A stretch of DNA of 64,000 nucleotides from Dicyema japonicum (lineage: Eukaryota; Animalia; Dicyemida), in assembly GCA_011109175.1 (NCBI GenBank), contig RDEW01000003.1, positions 975,071 through 1,039,070 on the forward strand, written 5' to 3'. Below are positions 28,431 through 42,009 of the stretch, in pieces. How positions within the stretch are numbered: the first letter of the stretch is position 1; the number at the start of each line of letters is the position of its first letter. The notes below the pieces were generated by a model. It saw only the letters and a program-made list of their open reading frames with translations. It made no database searches and was not told where the DNA came from. The position numbers and the translations under genes were made by a program.

Positions 28431-28995
28431 CACCTAATCATAATTTTCCCTGTTAAAAATTTAAATTCTAAGCATTTGAAAGTTGGTTGCAGAGTAACCA
28501 ATCATAGTAGGCCTGCAACTATGACTAAGGATAATAGGTCAACTTAAATTCTCAGAGGTCACCTCAATCAAGTTCAACCAGTTCAAAGCTAGGCTGTGGA
28601 TCGTTATGAACTAAGCTCTAACATTCGATATAACCTTGAATCTTTATTGTCTAGCGAATTTTAAAATGAGAGAGAGGAGATGAACTCCTCTTTGAAAAAC
28701 ATCTAAGAGGAATACTCCCAAGAAAAGTTTAGAACTCGCCAGTATGACGAACGTCATTCCCTTAGGGTAATCGAACCATGTTCGAAGGAGTAGCATTCTA
28801 CAACGAGAAATAAAGAAGGTCTTGTGATCCTGTGTGTTCATGATGTGATTTCCCAGGACAGATTCAACGGTCATTTCTTGGGTGGACTTGGGGCTTACTT
28901 TTAAGCTAAAACAACATCAATATTCCGATACAAATTTTTTAGGATTGTCTTATTGAGCCATCAGTGAGTGATTCACGACCCCGTTAATGGCGAAA
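28431..28995 (+). mobile_element. gag-like relic with degenerate CCHC knuckle; duplicated at ~32265-32828
   Basis: Plus frame AFENWLQ...FNQFKARLW...; CS*CDFPGQIQRSF resembles CX2CX4HX4C; many stops. Confidence 0.4.
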
Positions 28996-29699
28996 ACCGA
29001 AAAACCGATAACACTTTATTCAACAGTAATTAGGAGTTAGTTTAAGAGGTTATTAACGAGTCCGTCTATGCGGCCTGGACTCTTCCGATGCACCCCATCT
29101 CCATTTTAATCTAGCGTCGGATCCCATGAATCCTATAAACGCCCTTATATCCAGAACGTAGTAGGTACAAAGCTAGTAAGCCATCTCCAGTTAGTTCTTT
29201 CCTAGTAGGTCCTTTCCCCAGTATGTTTCTTACACAGTAGTCCCAAGCCCCTTGTAGGACCAATGATGTGGTTAACAAAGTCTTGCGTAGAACCCAATTC
29301 GAATGTAGGAAACAGATCCCAACTCCAGTATGTACTTCTACGGTAGTCCCAGGTCCTGTAGAGATCAATATAGGCTGACAAAGTCCCGTGTAGACCCGGA
29401 TTCGAATGTAGGGAGCAATTGGTGTGGGTACCAGGTCCAACTTGGAAAAATATCCAGAGATTTTGTACGACAGCCTGATTGCTGAGTCAAATATGTCTGC
29501 TAGGAAGCACGCCAAATAACGACCGAGAAAACAAATAGTAACCCACCTATGCACTTTCAGACCTTTTTGGATTGCTAAGTATGGTGTTGATGATGGTGGG
29601 CTAGTAAATGTGAAGGCGTTGATCAAATTCAATATAATAATTTGATAAAAAAATTAACTTAAAAAGCCTTCATAAGGTCCTCTTAGTGAATTGGACAAT

Positions 29700-30520
29700 C
29701 AACATGTCGACCTTTAGTCGTCGACAATATGGCTAAAATACGGTTACAACTCACCTCGATCGGAGGCGCTGTACTCGTATATGCAAACCGCAATATTTTT
29801 TGGGGTCGATCGACAAATACATATCCCCATTGTAAGTCAAGGAGCATGTCGGTTGATCATTTAGCCACTCGGTGCAGATCCATGCTCTGCCACGACTATG
29901 TGTGGAGGCATAAAGAGGTAGTAAGGATTCTTCATCTTCTACTATGCAATAAGTATGGTATTCGTCACACCAGAAAGTTGCGGACTCATAATGTGCAATC
30001 TGTAGTAGAAAACACCAGATCCAAATTAAGGTAGACAGTGTTATCCGTACCTCAATGCTAGTCAAGCACTAAAACCGGAAATTGTTGTACACGATAAGGA
30101 GTCTGGCCAAGTCCTTATTATAGAGGTTGGCATTAGGTCTCAAGACCGTTTGCAGACTGTGGAGGTGGAAAAAAAGGAAGTATGACTTGCTTGCAAACGA
30201 GATGGAGCAGATGGTTGGTTGCAAGATCCTAGTTATTCCAATAGTAATGACGTGGGAAGGAATTGCAACAAAGTACCACAAGGGTTATCTGAAGCAGTTG
30301 GGGTAGATAGGAAACTCCAGGCCAATCTACAGTCCACTGTATTAAAGCGGACCCTAGAGAGCCTGACACTGTAGTATATGAGGCAGAGCCCGGAGATGCC
30401 ATATCGCAGAGTGTTCAATTGGACTAGGCGCTCTCGGAGTTGTTTCAGCAACCGGAATCGAACCTGCCTGAGGAGGCTGGCGAACTGGGAGGCGAGGAAG
30501 GTTGTTGATAATTAAATATT
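29700..30520 (+). mobile_element. RLE-type (R4/Dong-like) non-LTR C-terminus, frameshifted
   Basis: CPHC-like...SVDHLATRCRSMLCHDYVWRHKEVVRILHLLLCNKYG (CCHC region), then KPEIVVHDK...IIEVGI...KYDLLANE...LVIPIVMTWEG. Confidence 0.8.
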
Positions 30521-30563
30521 AACTTTTTATCGTTGGATAAATAAAGTGGGATTAAAATTTATT

Positions 30564-31723
30564 TTAAAGCATAGGAATCAACTCAGTCGATCTAATAAGG
30601 ATTCTGTTTCTAGATTTGATGTACACAAATCCAATGAGCACAATTCCTGAAATTAGTACCAAAGTAATAATAATTCCAACGATCATAGGCTTATAATTAA
30701 ATTTATGATATTTTGGAAGAAATTTGTTTTCCAAACATCCCGAGTCTAAAATATAATCCCATCACTCAAACTATTTCCAATCAATCGAAAGTCCAAATCA
30801 TTCCGAAATAACTGTGCTTTAAACAAAAAAATTCAACAGTGATTTCACGATTAAAATTAATATTGAGTGAATCACAACCAATATAATCCCCAACAGTGAC
30901 AATTTTATGATCGGGGGACCAAGAACCAATAACTGTTCCATTTTTTAAATAACTGATTTCATAAATGTAAAACATATTGTATAAAGAATGCGATTTAAAC
31001 ATTATTTGGAAATCTTTTCCATTCAAATATAAAAAACTTAAAAAAGTTTTGTAAATAACCCCTGATATTAGATTATCTTCAGATAAGTGATACACTGCCT
31101 ACGAATAAACCTCGTAATAAACTCTATTATGGTTGATAGACGTAATTGTAATATGTCCGCTTATTACGGCTCTGATTCGATTTTTCTCAATGAAAAACCA
31201 ATATGGAATATTCGGATCATTAGACGGATCGTTTTCTTATTTTTTAAAAAAATCAACCAATTCCAGTAAAATTCAAATTAAAATCATTTCCGGAATATTG
31301 TATCCTCATTATATAGATTAGGAGAGAAGAATTATTTTGAAAGCTGATCGAATAATATCCACTTTTGTGATATTCTCCATATTTGATTCTCTGAATTATT
31401 GTGTTTTTGCATAGACTGTAAGATTATATTTTAAAATTACTGGAATTTAATTCAGCGTTTATTTTAACTTCATAGAATTCTTTTAAAAATTGAACGATAA
31501 ACTCAATTTTTAGTCCTTCTTGTATAAATGTTTTGCATGTCAAATGATAGGTTCCGTTATTTCGAGTTTCTTCTCCCAGGGAAAATTTCCGATTTACAGT
31601 CTATTATCATAAAATAGAATCTACATTCTTATGAGAATCAGTAAAAATTGCTATTCCATGAATTGTTATCTTTCCACCAGAATTTATCTTTGAAAATACC
31701 AACAACAAAATAAATGATATCAT
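30564..31723 (-). CDS. Type-I membrane glycoprotein of unknown family, split by mini-introns
   Basis: ATG 31723 gives signal-like MISFILLLVFSKINSG. GT-AG introns at 31601-31624 (24), 31236-31257 (22), 31099-31122 (24), 30812-30837 (26) and 30746-30765 (20) remove the stops and frameshifts. C-terminal TM IVGIIITLVLISGIVLIGFVYI then KSRNR; stop 30564. One junction (31416-31440, 25 nt) is 1 nt out of phase unless a longer (~87-nt) intron is used. Confidence 0.7.
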
Positions 31724-34559
31724 AAAAATAGGTTAATTGAACACGTCGATTTATTATATTAGCTTTTTTATTTTATTTGATAAATTATTTTTTTTAATTA
31801 AATTAAAATAATAAAATTAAAATTTATAACTATTTAACATGATCTTTAAATTATAAATGAAATTTAATGTTCTACCTCTTAGTTATTTCCTCATACATTA
31901 GCGGACTCGCTCGAATAGCTAGCAGCTCTAACGAAGATCGTCTGAACGCTCGGAAATCTGATTTCCAGCTTTAATAAAAAAATTATTTCTCAATTTCGAT
32001 TTATGGATAATTCAAAATAGGATTTTTTCAAGGTGGAGGTACTGATCCTCTACATGACAAAACTGAAGGGTCAACTTCTCTTGTGACTAATCCACATCTC
32101 GGTTCAGGCATCAATGTCTATTGGATTACAAGTTTTGTAGCAGTCGCACTTGGTACCTTGTTCTGCACCAATCGGGAATTTGCATTCATTCGCTCTAAAT
32201 TACCAACTTATTCTCACAACTGAGATAATTTAAGTCATGTTTTTGTGCTTATTTAAGGACTCATCACCTAATCATAATTTTCTATGTTAAGTGATTTAAA
32301 TTCTAAGCATTTGAAAATTGGTTGCAGATTAACCAATCAAATTAGGCCTGCAAACTATGACTAGGGGTAGTAGGTCAAATTAAATTCTCAGAGGTCACCT
32401 AAATCAAGTTCAACCAGTTTAAAGCTAGGCTCTGGATCGTTATGAACTAAGCTCTAACATTTGAAACAACCTTGAAACTTTCTTGTCTAGCGAATGTAAG
32501 ATGAGACAGAGGAGATGAACTCTCTTTGAAAAACATCGAAGAGAATACTCAAGAAAACTTTAGAACTCGCCAGTATGACAAACATCATTCCTCATTCAGG
32601 GTAATCGAACCATGTTCAAAGGAGTAACATTCTACAACGAGAAATAAAGAAGGGTCTTGTGATCCTGTGTTCATGATGTTATGTCCCACGACAGATTCAA
32701 ACAGCCATCTCTTGGGTGAACTTGGGGCTAACTTTTAAGCTAAAACAAAATCAATATTCCAATAAAAATTCCTTAGGATTGTCTTATTGAGCCATCAGAG
32801 AGAGCGCTTTACGACCCCGTTAATGGCGGCATGCCTCTGGAACCAACACTGCTTCGTCGAAAAGAAGGGGGGAAATGCTTTGGGGTCCACAACAGATCCG
32901 CATCGTAATCATAACATTTCCAGACTGTCCCTTTTTTCTGGCAACGATCCGATGATATCCAAAAATGCGATGACTTCGTCCCGATGATCAATGAGATTTT
33001 AATTGCGACAGGTAGAAAGACAAATTTACCCCTTAGGTTTCATATTTTTTGTCTCAATCTATCGAATTTAATTATCTAATTTATATTAATCATGTATTTC
33101 CCAATTGAATTATGAAATAAAAATTCCAAAGACCGTGGTAACACCAAACTAACAACTCACGCAATCCAAGCACGCTCCAATAGAAACCTCAACTTGGCAC
33201 GTTCAGCTCTCGAGCGATGTTCATCTTCATAAACAAATTTAATACTATTTATTTAACACTAAAAACTAAGACCAAGTGGCGGCAACGTTGGTGTGGTGCA
33301 GCATGGGCGAATATGGCTTAATGAATTGAATAATCAAAAAGCGTCAAGTTAATTTAAGATGATTATGCATAATTAAAGATGAATTGATGCACTGAATTAG
33401 AAAGTTATTTTCTGTTTACAATAGAAACGATGTCCGCGACGATAGGACATGAAAATGGAAAAGGGCAACCTACTTCTTCACTTCTTTTTCGAAAGAGGAA
33501 ACCTGTAATGGACTATTGGAGGATGGATTTCTCCCTTGGGTACTTTTTTGGATTAATTAGTTAGACTGATTGTGCCGGGCTTACCAAAGATTGTAAGTCT
33601 TGGATTAATAGATAAATAAATAATACTTTACTCACCATCGGAGACTACTGGAGCAATAAACAGGTGGTCTTTGTCTTTCCTCAAAAGCCTATCGTGAGAG
33701 GCACCACGTCAAATATGTGGGATAGGACGACTACTAGGCGAGGATTTTTTTCCACCATTTTTTTTTTACCCTAAGATCACCGGATTAGAAAAAGTTAAAA
33801 GTTAACTACTAACTAAGTGATCCCGGTTTTCCGGGTTCTGGCTCTCGTTCGGGGTCCTCGAAGATCCAACAGAATTGGTAGAAACGGGGACGGTCTCATT
33901 CTCCATAGATTTCCCGCATTTTCTAGATAGTCAGATATAGAGAGTGAAAGCGGACAGCCGGATTTCATTGCCCACTGTAGAAATGACTTCACTCATTCCT
34001 ATTAAAATATCTATTGATTTAAGATCTGACTGGTCTCTGGAGTTGATGACATGAACCTCTTGGATAATAATTAAGAAATCATAAAATGACGTAAAAATCA
34101 CCAGAATCGCAGATCGGCATTTAGGCAGTCAGAAAAATCTGTCGATGCAATACGCGAAGAGTGAATGAGTTGAAGAACATGACCGTCCACACGAGAGATC
34201 TTTGAAAAAATGAAAAATAAGTCATCCATCATTACGTCATCAAATTGACATCAACCACGTGCCGAGATGACGCAGTATTATCTCGAATCTCAAAATCCTT
34301 GAATCTCGCAACAGTATTCTCCTGTTGAAAGTTCTACGCATCTACGATGCTTTAGGTATGACGAGTGATGCCCTCATCTTGAATATTCACTCGGGAACAG
34401 GTCGTCTACAAAGGACTGATACGCAAAAAAATAACTCAAAGAAAATTTTGGCTACCCTTTCAACGATTAGCTAGTATAACTTCTTTACTCTAATAAAGTC
34501 CTGCCTATACGGAGCTGTAAAAACTATGGCTCTCACAAAGATTGTTTTTATTATTATTT

Positions 34560-37500
34560 TATTTATTCAAGCACTTCACGAGAGCCATACTAATTATAGC
34601 CCCGCAAGTGCAGCAAAAGAAACAAGGTTAGATGACATCCTTTTTCATGCACACTAGTGCCTAAACAAAGCACTCATGTTTTCTAGGTCGTCGGCATTTT
34701 TTAGATTTCTTTTGATATTGATCAGGTCTTTTAGTTAGACTATTGGTAGTGTTGTTCTAGGTCTTCCACGATTGCTGATTTCTTGACTAACATAGTATGT
34801 TTCAATAGATATGTTCGGTGGGGATGTTAATTCCATCCTCAGCACGTGTCCGAAGAGCTTCAATCGGGATTCTAGTACTTTTTAGCTGATAGGTCTAGTG
34901 GTGCATCTCTTATATAAAGCATTCCTCAATATTCTCGTAGGCCATAGTTTCTGTTATTTTTCTCAGCTGACCACTGTGGAACGAGTCTAGTCTTTCCATA
35001 TACGCTGATGAGGTCGCCCAAGTTCCAGCCTTATATAAAAGTACGCGTTTTATGAATGAGTCGTATAATAAAATTCACATTTTCGAGTTGATACCTCTTT
35101 GATTGAGCCATAGATTTTTCAGTTTATATAACGCAGCATTGGCTAGAGTTTTCCTACGTAAAATATCTTCGCTATCTCCCATAAGTGAACCGAGTTTCTT
35201 TACTTGTCGCCACTTCTTTTCTAGGGCGTTACTCATCCTTCTTATTTCTGTGAATTCTGTTTGCTCTCTGTTCACAGTAAGAAACCATTTCCCTAGTACA
35301 TCTGGTGCTTTTTCTAATAGGTTCTCCAGGACCTCTTTGTCTTCAGAAATTAGGATTACATCGTCCGCGTAGATCACTTCTTCCGTCTTTCCTTGGTATA
35401 ACGGTCTAAGTTCCCTCATAGCGGCTTCCAAGTAAATTGTGAATAGTAGAGGAGAAAAGGAGTCTCCTTGTGGAGTGCTCGTGTTTGTTTCAAATTTTCT
35501 TGAATAGGTCTTTCCGACTCTTACAAGGAGCTCAGTGTTTAAAGTAGAATTCGGGTCATCCTTAGACTCGACTCATCAAGAAATCCGCTCAGTACCCCCA
35601 TTAATTTGTTCCTGTTAACCGTATCAAAAGCTCTTGATAGGTCAATTCCCAGAATATTGGTGGCGTTACGGTATCTTTGATATGTTGCACACCTCCATCT
35701 GTGACTCCAGACCATCAGCTGTGGATCTCCCTTCTCGAAAACCACTTTGACTATCTGGTAGGTATTTGTAAGCAGATCCTTTCATTCGTTCAAGCACAAT
35801 GTTTGCCAAGACTTTGCGTAATGAATTTAGTAGTATGATGGGTCGCAAATTTTCGAGCGGTCCTCTTTTTTGTTGGTTTTTTGTATGGGGATTAGTAGTC
35901 CCGTACCCAGAGGTAGAGTTGAGTTAGTTGAAAACATTTCATTTAGTAGTGTAGCGATTTTTTCAAAAAGGAGGTCAGGGCCGTATTTCAGTAATTCTGG
36001 GTTTATCGCATCTGGTCCGGGGCTTCTGTTATTTTTGAGTTTTCGGCAGGCCGTTTTGATTTCCTCGGCCGTGATTGGTATCTCCAGGGGTCTTGGCCTT
36101 CTATCAAATGAGTGGATTTCTATGGTTTTGATGTTGAAAAGCTTCTCAAAGTGAGCCGCGATGGCTTCAGTTTGTTCTTCGGTGTTCAGTATCAGCTTAC
36201 CGTTCTCGTCTTTTATGGTTAGTCGACTTCGGTTTGTTCGCCGCAGCAAACGAGCAGCGACGTACACCTGTGCGTTGTCTTTCACTTTGTTTACTTTTTT
36301 TATACAGGAAGCTATTTCTTCTATGAAAAGCTTCTTGTTCAGACCCTTTATTTTTCTTCTGACACGTTGCCTTTCGCCCTGAAGGGCTTTTATCGTATTA
36401 GCGTCAGTGGCAATTGATTTTCTCATATTTATTTCTTTTAGACTTTTCGCAAGCTCAGGAACATCTGGATGAATAGCCTTCAGGTGCATTTTACTATTCT
36501 CCCTTTTGCCAAGACATGCTTTAGCAGCTTCGTTGATGGTGTCCTTTGTGCGTTTCCAGGCGTCTTCTAACGAGGTATCGACCAATACGTCTTGCATATG
36601 AGTCTGAATGTATTGTTGATATCTTTCAGTAGTCTCCGGTTGGTAAATCAGCCTTTCAGTCGCGTAATCGCCTCTGATTTTCTCGAATTCGTGATTTTTT
36701 GCATTCTTGTATTTGATGGCATGTTTTTTCAGGGTGAAGTTCGCAATAACCATCTTGTGGTCGCTAACAGTAGTTGAGCCTTCATATGATCATGCGTTTA
36801 CTAGAAGGTGTTTGTCATTAGCCCGGCAATTGACATAATCTAGTTGGTTGTATATTGGGACCAGCTTTCCTCTGAGTTCCTTCGCTTCCCCATCCACGTA
36901 GTTTTGTAGCAGGCAGGATGCGTAAATGCAGTATTGCATAGAAAAAGGTTGTTTGCCATACAAAAGTGACCAAGTATTGTCCCGGGTAGGTTTCTTATTC
37001 CACGTCCATGTTCTCCCAAGAAAACGTCATCCGGGTTATTCTTCATCCCGATTTTGCATTCAAATCCCAGCAATGATTATTAGTGATGACGACTCATATT
37101 CGTTGTACGTCCGTAACAGTGTTGAATAGAAGTCGTCTAGTTCTGTCGGATCTTTCGCTACTCTCCCGCAGTGTTGCGCGTAAACATTTTCAATTGTCAG
37201 AAAGCTCTTCGAAGGAGGTAAGTCGTTTAGAAGGATTTGTATAACACAGATCCTGTCATTTACACTCCATATACGGTGGACTGCACTTGTCAACTTAGAG
37301 TGGACAGCAAATCCAAGTCCATAATATTTTGAATCGCTCGGCAGACATATTATTCGATATTTGCCAGTTCTCATCAAGGCTACAAGTAACTTTCGTCTTT
37401 TGTAGGCACCCAATAAATACGTCGTATCTCTCCAGGTCGTCACAGAGAATCTTCCTCGACCAGGTCGTAGATAAGCCTCTAGCATTGAACGTAAGGACTT

Positions 37501-37580
37501 TAGACGAGATGCATCCCTTTGTATCCCTTGCCTTTTAGACATTTTTCTCAATTGCGATCCAGTCAAGAAACGAGGCACGT
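34560..37580 (-). mobile_element. Near full-length decayed RTE-clade LINE (APE + RT) with 3' hairpin
   Basis: APE GLGFAVH...TIENVYAQH...SDHKMVIA; RT NNRSPGPDAINPELLKYG, RPIILLNSLRKVLA, QSGFREGRSTAD, IDLSRAFDTVNR, PQGDSFSPLLF, YADDVIL; ends GGCTATA-ATTAG-TATGGCT-CTCGTGAAGTGC plus an A/T tail. Confidence 0.9.
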
Positions 37581-37659
37581 CACCACCTCACCAAAAAATT
37601 ATCAGGTTTTTATTATTAACCACAAAAAATTAAAATAAAAAAATAATTAAAAATAAATT

Positions 37660-38229
37660 TCATAATTCAGGTTGTCGTTTACATCTGATTGAGCAAGAAT
37701 TAAATGAGTCAGAAATGTCTTTCATAACCTTAGAAAAAGTACGCTTCTGTGGACAGATCGTAGCAGAACCTAACATTTTCTCATCACAATGCTACAAGAA
37801 TTATAAAATAGGAACCTTTGATTGCGAAATATACGTTTTACGACGGACCAGTTGGCTACGAGGTTTGAATCCGCAGAGATTACTATTTTTTGGTTTTTTT
37901 CTAGAAGAGAGCAACAAAGTTGGGTTGGTGATGGAACAGAAACTATAGTGAAACGGGTTTGTGGCAAATTTCTTTTTACGCAGACTTTTTATTCCGACAA
38001 CAGTCCCAGAAAAGTTATCAGTTCGTTCATCGTCGGCTGAAATATACCAAAAGCGTCACCTTCAGATTCGTAGTCCGTACAACACTTATTGATATAGTGA
38101 TAACTACTGATATTCTCAAAATCGTTGAAACTGAAAATTATCGAGAATAATTTTATACACATCATCTTCGCTGTAATTTGACGTTGAATCAAAATTTGAC
38201 CATAAATACGTGTTACTGGACAAAGGCAT
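37660..38229 (-). CDS. Orphan 164-aa protein with three mini-introns
   Basis: GT-AG introns 38131-38158 (28), 38037-38059 (23) and 37792-37815 (24) give an uninterrupted 495-nt CDS from ATG 38229 to TGA 37660: MPLSSNTYLWSNF...PQKRTFSKVMKDISDSFNSCSIRCKRQPEL. Confidence 0.65.
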
Positions 38230-38918
38230 AACAAAAATACATTTAAAATTTATTTTGAATTAATTTAAAAATTTAAAAAGAAATAAAATAACAATATTAT
38301 ATTTTTTTTAATCTACCAAGATTTAACTGAGAAGAACAGTATACACATTACAGGATAATTAGTTAGTTTTGACCTATCTTTCTTGGCGGTCTTGGAGTTA
38401 AATAAAAATAAAATTACAGGATGCCTGTCATTTCCTGTCTTGTTAGCGGAGAACGTTCAACATCACATATTTTTATTATGTCACTTTTGTAACACTTTTC
38501 AGCCACTTTAGCAGATCCAACTCGTACAACAAATTGTTTGTATAGTAGGTACAACAAATTGTTTGTATAGTAGCTCGAACGATGGGAGGGAAGATATTGG
38601 GGGTGCGTAAAAGCCTTGAGAATTTCAATTTTCTTTGGATCCTTGCGGTTACCAGGTACACTTGATGAGTGAATGTAAGGAGAGGATCCAGGATGACTCC
38701 AAGGATTGAAAGGGTCTTCTTAATGGGGAGCGGAAAATCATAAAATTTTATTCCTGGTGTCGCCCGTATCTTTGTGTTTCAAAAATCGTGCCAACTAATG
38801 AACACACATTTTTTCTGAATAAAGTGGTTATTTTTGTCTTTTTAATAAATGAATTAAACTTCGAAAAAATAGTAGCAGTTTATTGTCGTCTAATATATAT
38901 TCTCTGGACGTGAATTGG

Positions 38919-39225
38919 CCAGGTAGCGGTGAGTAACGAGTTGCAGGCGAATGGGCTGACAACCTCAAGTTCGAATTTCACTTCTGTACATTCCGGCTGA
39001 AGGTTCCACGGATCTAAGATGTTTTGGCTTGACGATTGACGCCGTCATCAGTGAACATTTTACTCGGAATTACATCGTATATAAAAAGACTCACATGAAC
39101 CAAAAAGAACCTAGTGACGAGCATTCCTGATTCTCTCTCATCGATTAGGTAACTGTCCTTTACTTAAATAAAGTGTGTGTCCTGTCTGGGAGGAGCTATA
39201 GCTAATATGGCTCTTCATCAAGTGC
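38919..39225 (+). mobile_element. tRNA-derived SINE, full length, with 11-bp TSD
   Basis: B-box-like AGTTCGAAT, shared core, 3' hairpin AGCTATA-GCTAA-TATGGCT; flanked by ACGTGAATTGG at 38908-38918 and 39226-39236. Confidence 0.8.
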
Positions 39226-40019
39226 ACGTGAATTGGGATTTTATACTTTAGGCACAGTGCAATAAATAGCACATGTGGCCCAGACTGCATCTGTCGCTGT
39301 TGAAATCAATTTTGTTTAAGCTATAAAAAATTCATTATACTGCCCTTAATTTTTTTTGATAAAAAATGTGAGATAATTTTTCCGTAATGGCCATTAATAG
39401 AATTATTGGTCTTAGATTTTAACGGACCTTCAACCTCGCTGGAGTCTGTATAGGAATCATTTCAGACCAACGAGGGGAGGGCCGATCCTGGGGAAGACGT
39501 GAAAAAATCTCAATAACTAGTTATTGGGGATTCTATGTATTCGGCCTTTTTTATCAATGAAAATTTTATAAATCACATTGAATGGATTAAAGGTCAAGAA
39601 ATTATAAGTAAAAAGTTTTAGAAATCGTGCTTTTTCGAACAATATAATGAGACATGTGAGTCTTCTGCCCCACCACGTTTGATCTGGGCTTCTGTGGAAA
39701 CATGGGAGCTTGAGACCACAACAAAGCAATTGGTTTTTTGGAGAGAAAATAAATTTTTTAAGATTTGCAGTTTGAAAATTACTAATAGGTCAATGCTATG
39801 AAACACCCTTGCATTTGAACCCTTTGGACAGGTCAGTAAAAGTCTATTATCGAGGCAGGAGACCCTTGTGGGGTGCGATAGATTTGGAAACGTTCGTGAG
39901 TATGCCTGTTATCTACCAACTAAACTCAGTTGATTTTCCATTTATTGATTTACACCGCTGAATGAAAAAATTATTTCGACACAAAAATTCAAAATATGTT
40001 AAAATTATTTATATTATAT

Positions 40020-40221
40020 TAGGATAGTGGTCGAGACAACTGGAGGAATAAGTGGAAAATCGCTTCGCTTCCTAAAGAAACTTGGACGCTTAGCTACACT
40101 AAAAAGCCACGACGCACGTGAGACCCGGTGGCTACTCCAGTTGATCTCTGTTGCAATCGTGAGAGGCAACGCAACGTCGATAATGTCGGCGGGGTCCACT
40201 TTGGATGGATGGCAGTTTTAA
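40020..40221 (+). mobile_element. CRE-like 3' end
   Basis: VVETTGGISGKSLRFLKKLG...LQLISVAIVRGNA; related copies at ~44030-44330 (-) and ~57005-57270 (+). Confidence 0.75.
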
Positions 40222-42009
40222 ATATGCTTTACTGGGGATAAATTAACTGATTATTTTATATTTAGGAAAGAAATGAGAGAATTTAGCTTAAAATTTATAA
40301 TAATTTTTATTCAAATATTTTTTTGATTACTAAAGGATCTTCTGTTACTCAGTTCATGTACACATTTAATAGGACCATAACCGAAGTTATAATCTCCCAC
40401 GTGTCCATATCCCAAACTAACGATTCCATTTGTTTATTTTTAAATTAGCCATTAAATCTCTGATCAAATAAGGTCAATGATTTTAATTAAGGTTTTTCAT
40501 CAGTATGGGATCTATGTATTACTCATGATATAGTCTTCCACATTCAATTCAGCTCGAGTCCAGTGAGTCCAAACACCTGGTTAGTTCAGCGATGAGCAAA
40601 AATATTAAATAAGGACAAAATTGTTAGTAAAATCATATGTCGTTTCACTCGCGACCAATGGAATACTTGGCCTTCTTGTATGTTAATCTATCATCTCCAC
40701 ATTTATTATTAAGAACGTTCGAGAATTAATAGCTTCCCATGTTCCTTCTCAAGCGAGATGCTTTTTTCTAAGTTTCTCCACATGGATTAAGATATTGATG
40801 CATCCTAATCTTCAGGTATCTGATTTCTTAAAAGTTCCAACATGTGCACATGAAACTATCATCGGGACATTCACACGATAAAATTTGTAGATTGAATTCC
40901 AATGACTCGTGTGAATAGTGAACCCCTGCCCATAGTGGCGAGGTTCTGATGGTAGGATGCTTCGGTAATCATTATGTAACTCATCTAGTCCACACATGAC
41001 ACTGTAAGTATTCACGTCCTGTATAAGATTATTAAAACTTCTCCTTTGTTAATCAGGGGGTACCAAGGATCCAAAAAAGGGATCCAAAAAACGTTTAGGA
41101 AAAACCCTCTTTCATTTCTCTAATAAAGTGTGTGTCCTGCATAAGAGGAGAGATAAATATTATCGCTATTATGAAAAGGCTGTTATTATTATGAAAAATT
41201 TAATGCCAGCTTAAGCAAGTGATATAAAGATATCTTTGAGCTGTAATAGTAACAAATGGTTAATTTACTTTTTTGGGGTAATATTTTTGACCCCTTTTAA
41301 AAGGGAGGGTCGTTCATAAGAAGGTCGTTTTGAGTCCCGAAATATTTTTTTCCACGTTTAGTTAAATTTATAATTTATTTATTTAAATAAATTTAAATTT
41401 ATTATTTAATAAATTAATAATATTTTAAAATAATTTGAATTATTTGCTTTAATGGTTTAATTTATGTCAAAATTATATATTTATTAATATTTTATCATTT
41501 TTATAATATACCCTAGTCTCAACCACGGGATGAATGTGGAGCCTTCAATTTTGATGTATTAAGACAACGAGCCCAGAAAAAACAGCAAAAAGTTCCATCC
41601 AAATCTCCAGAAAAGTCAACGGATACAAATAATGCTGAACCTGAAGCTTCTATCATAAATAATGAAAAAATCGTTGATTTCGACAATCCAGATTCCCCTC
41701 CAACATGCCCTACTCCTACTGACGATGGAGTGGATGAGGTAGGAAGGAACTGATGTATGACTATATTATATACAACAAATTTCTTTTTTCTTATTTTAAT
41801 CATTAAGTAGACCTGTTACCAAAGTGCTTAGTTGATCGAATCGTAGCTCTTGTCTTCTTTCGTCTATAGTTAGTATGGGCGAGGTGACGGACTCAGTAAA
41901 CATGGGAAACCTGAAGTTCAACAAAGGGCGTGTCTTGTGTATGAATGATCTGAGATCAGATCCTCCGGTCTACAATTGAAAGAATTGGAGGATCAACCGC
42001 CTGAAGCTT

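Noticed and set aside
30812-30837. VEFFC motif completing an MRH-like domain
   Set aside because: It falls inside the 26-nt intron needed to reach the TM exon, so the MRH assignment stays weak.
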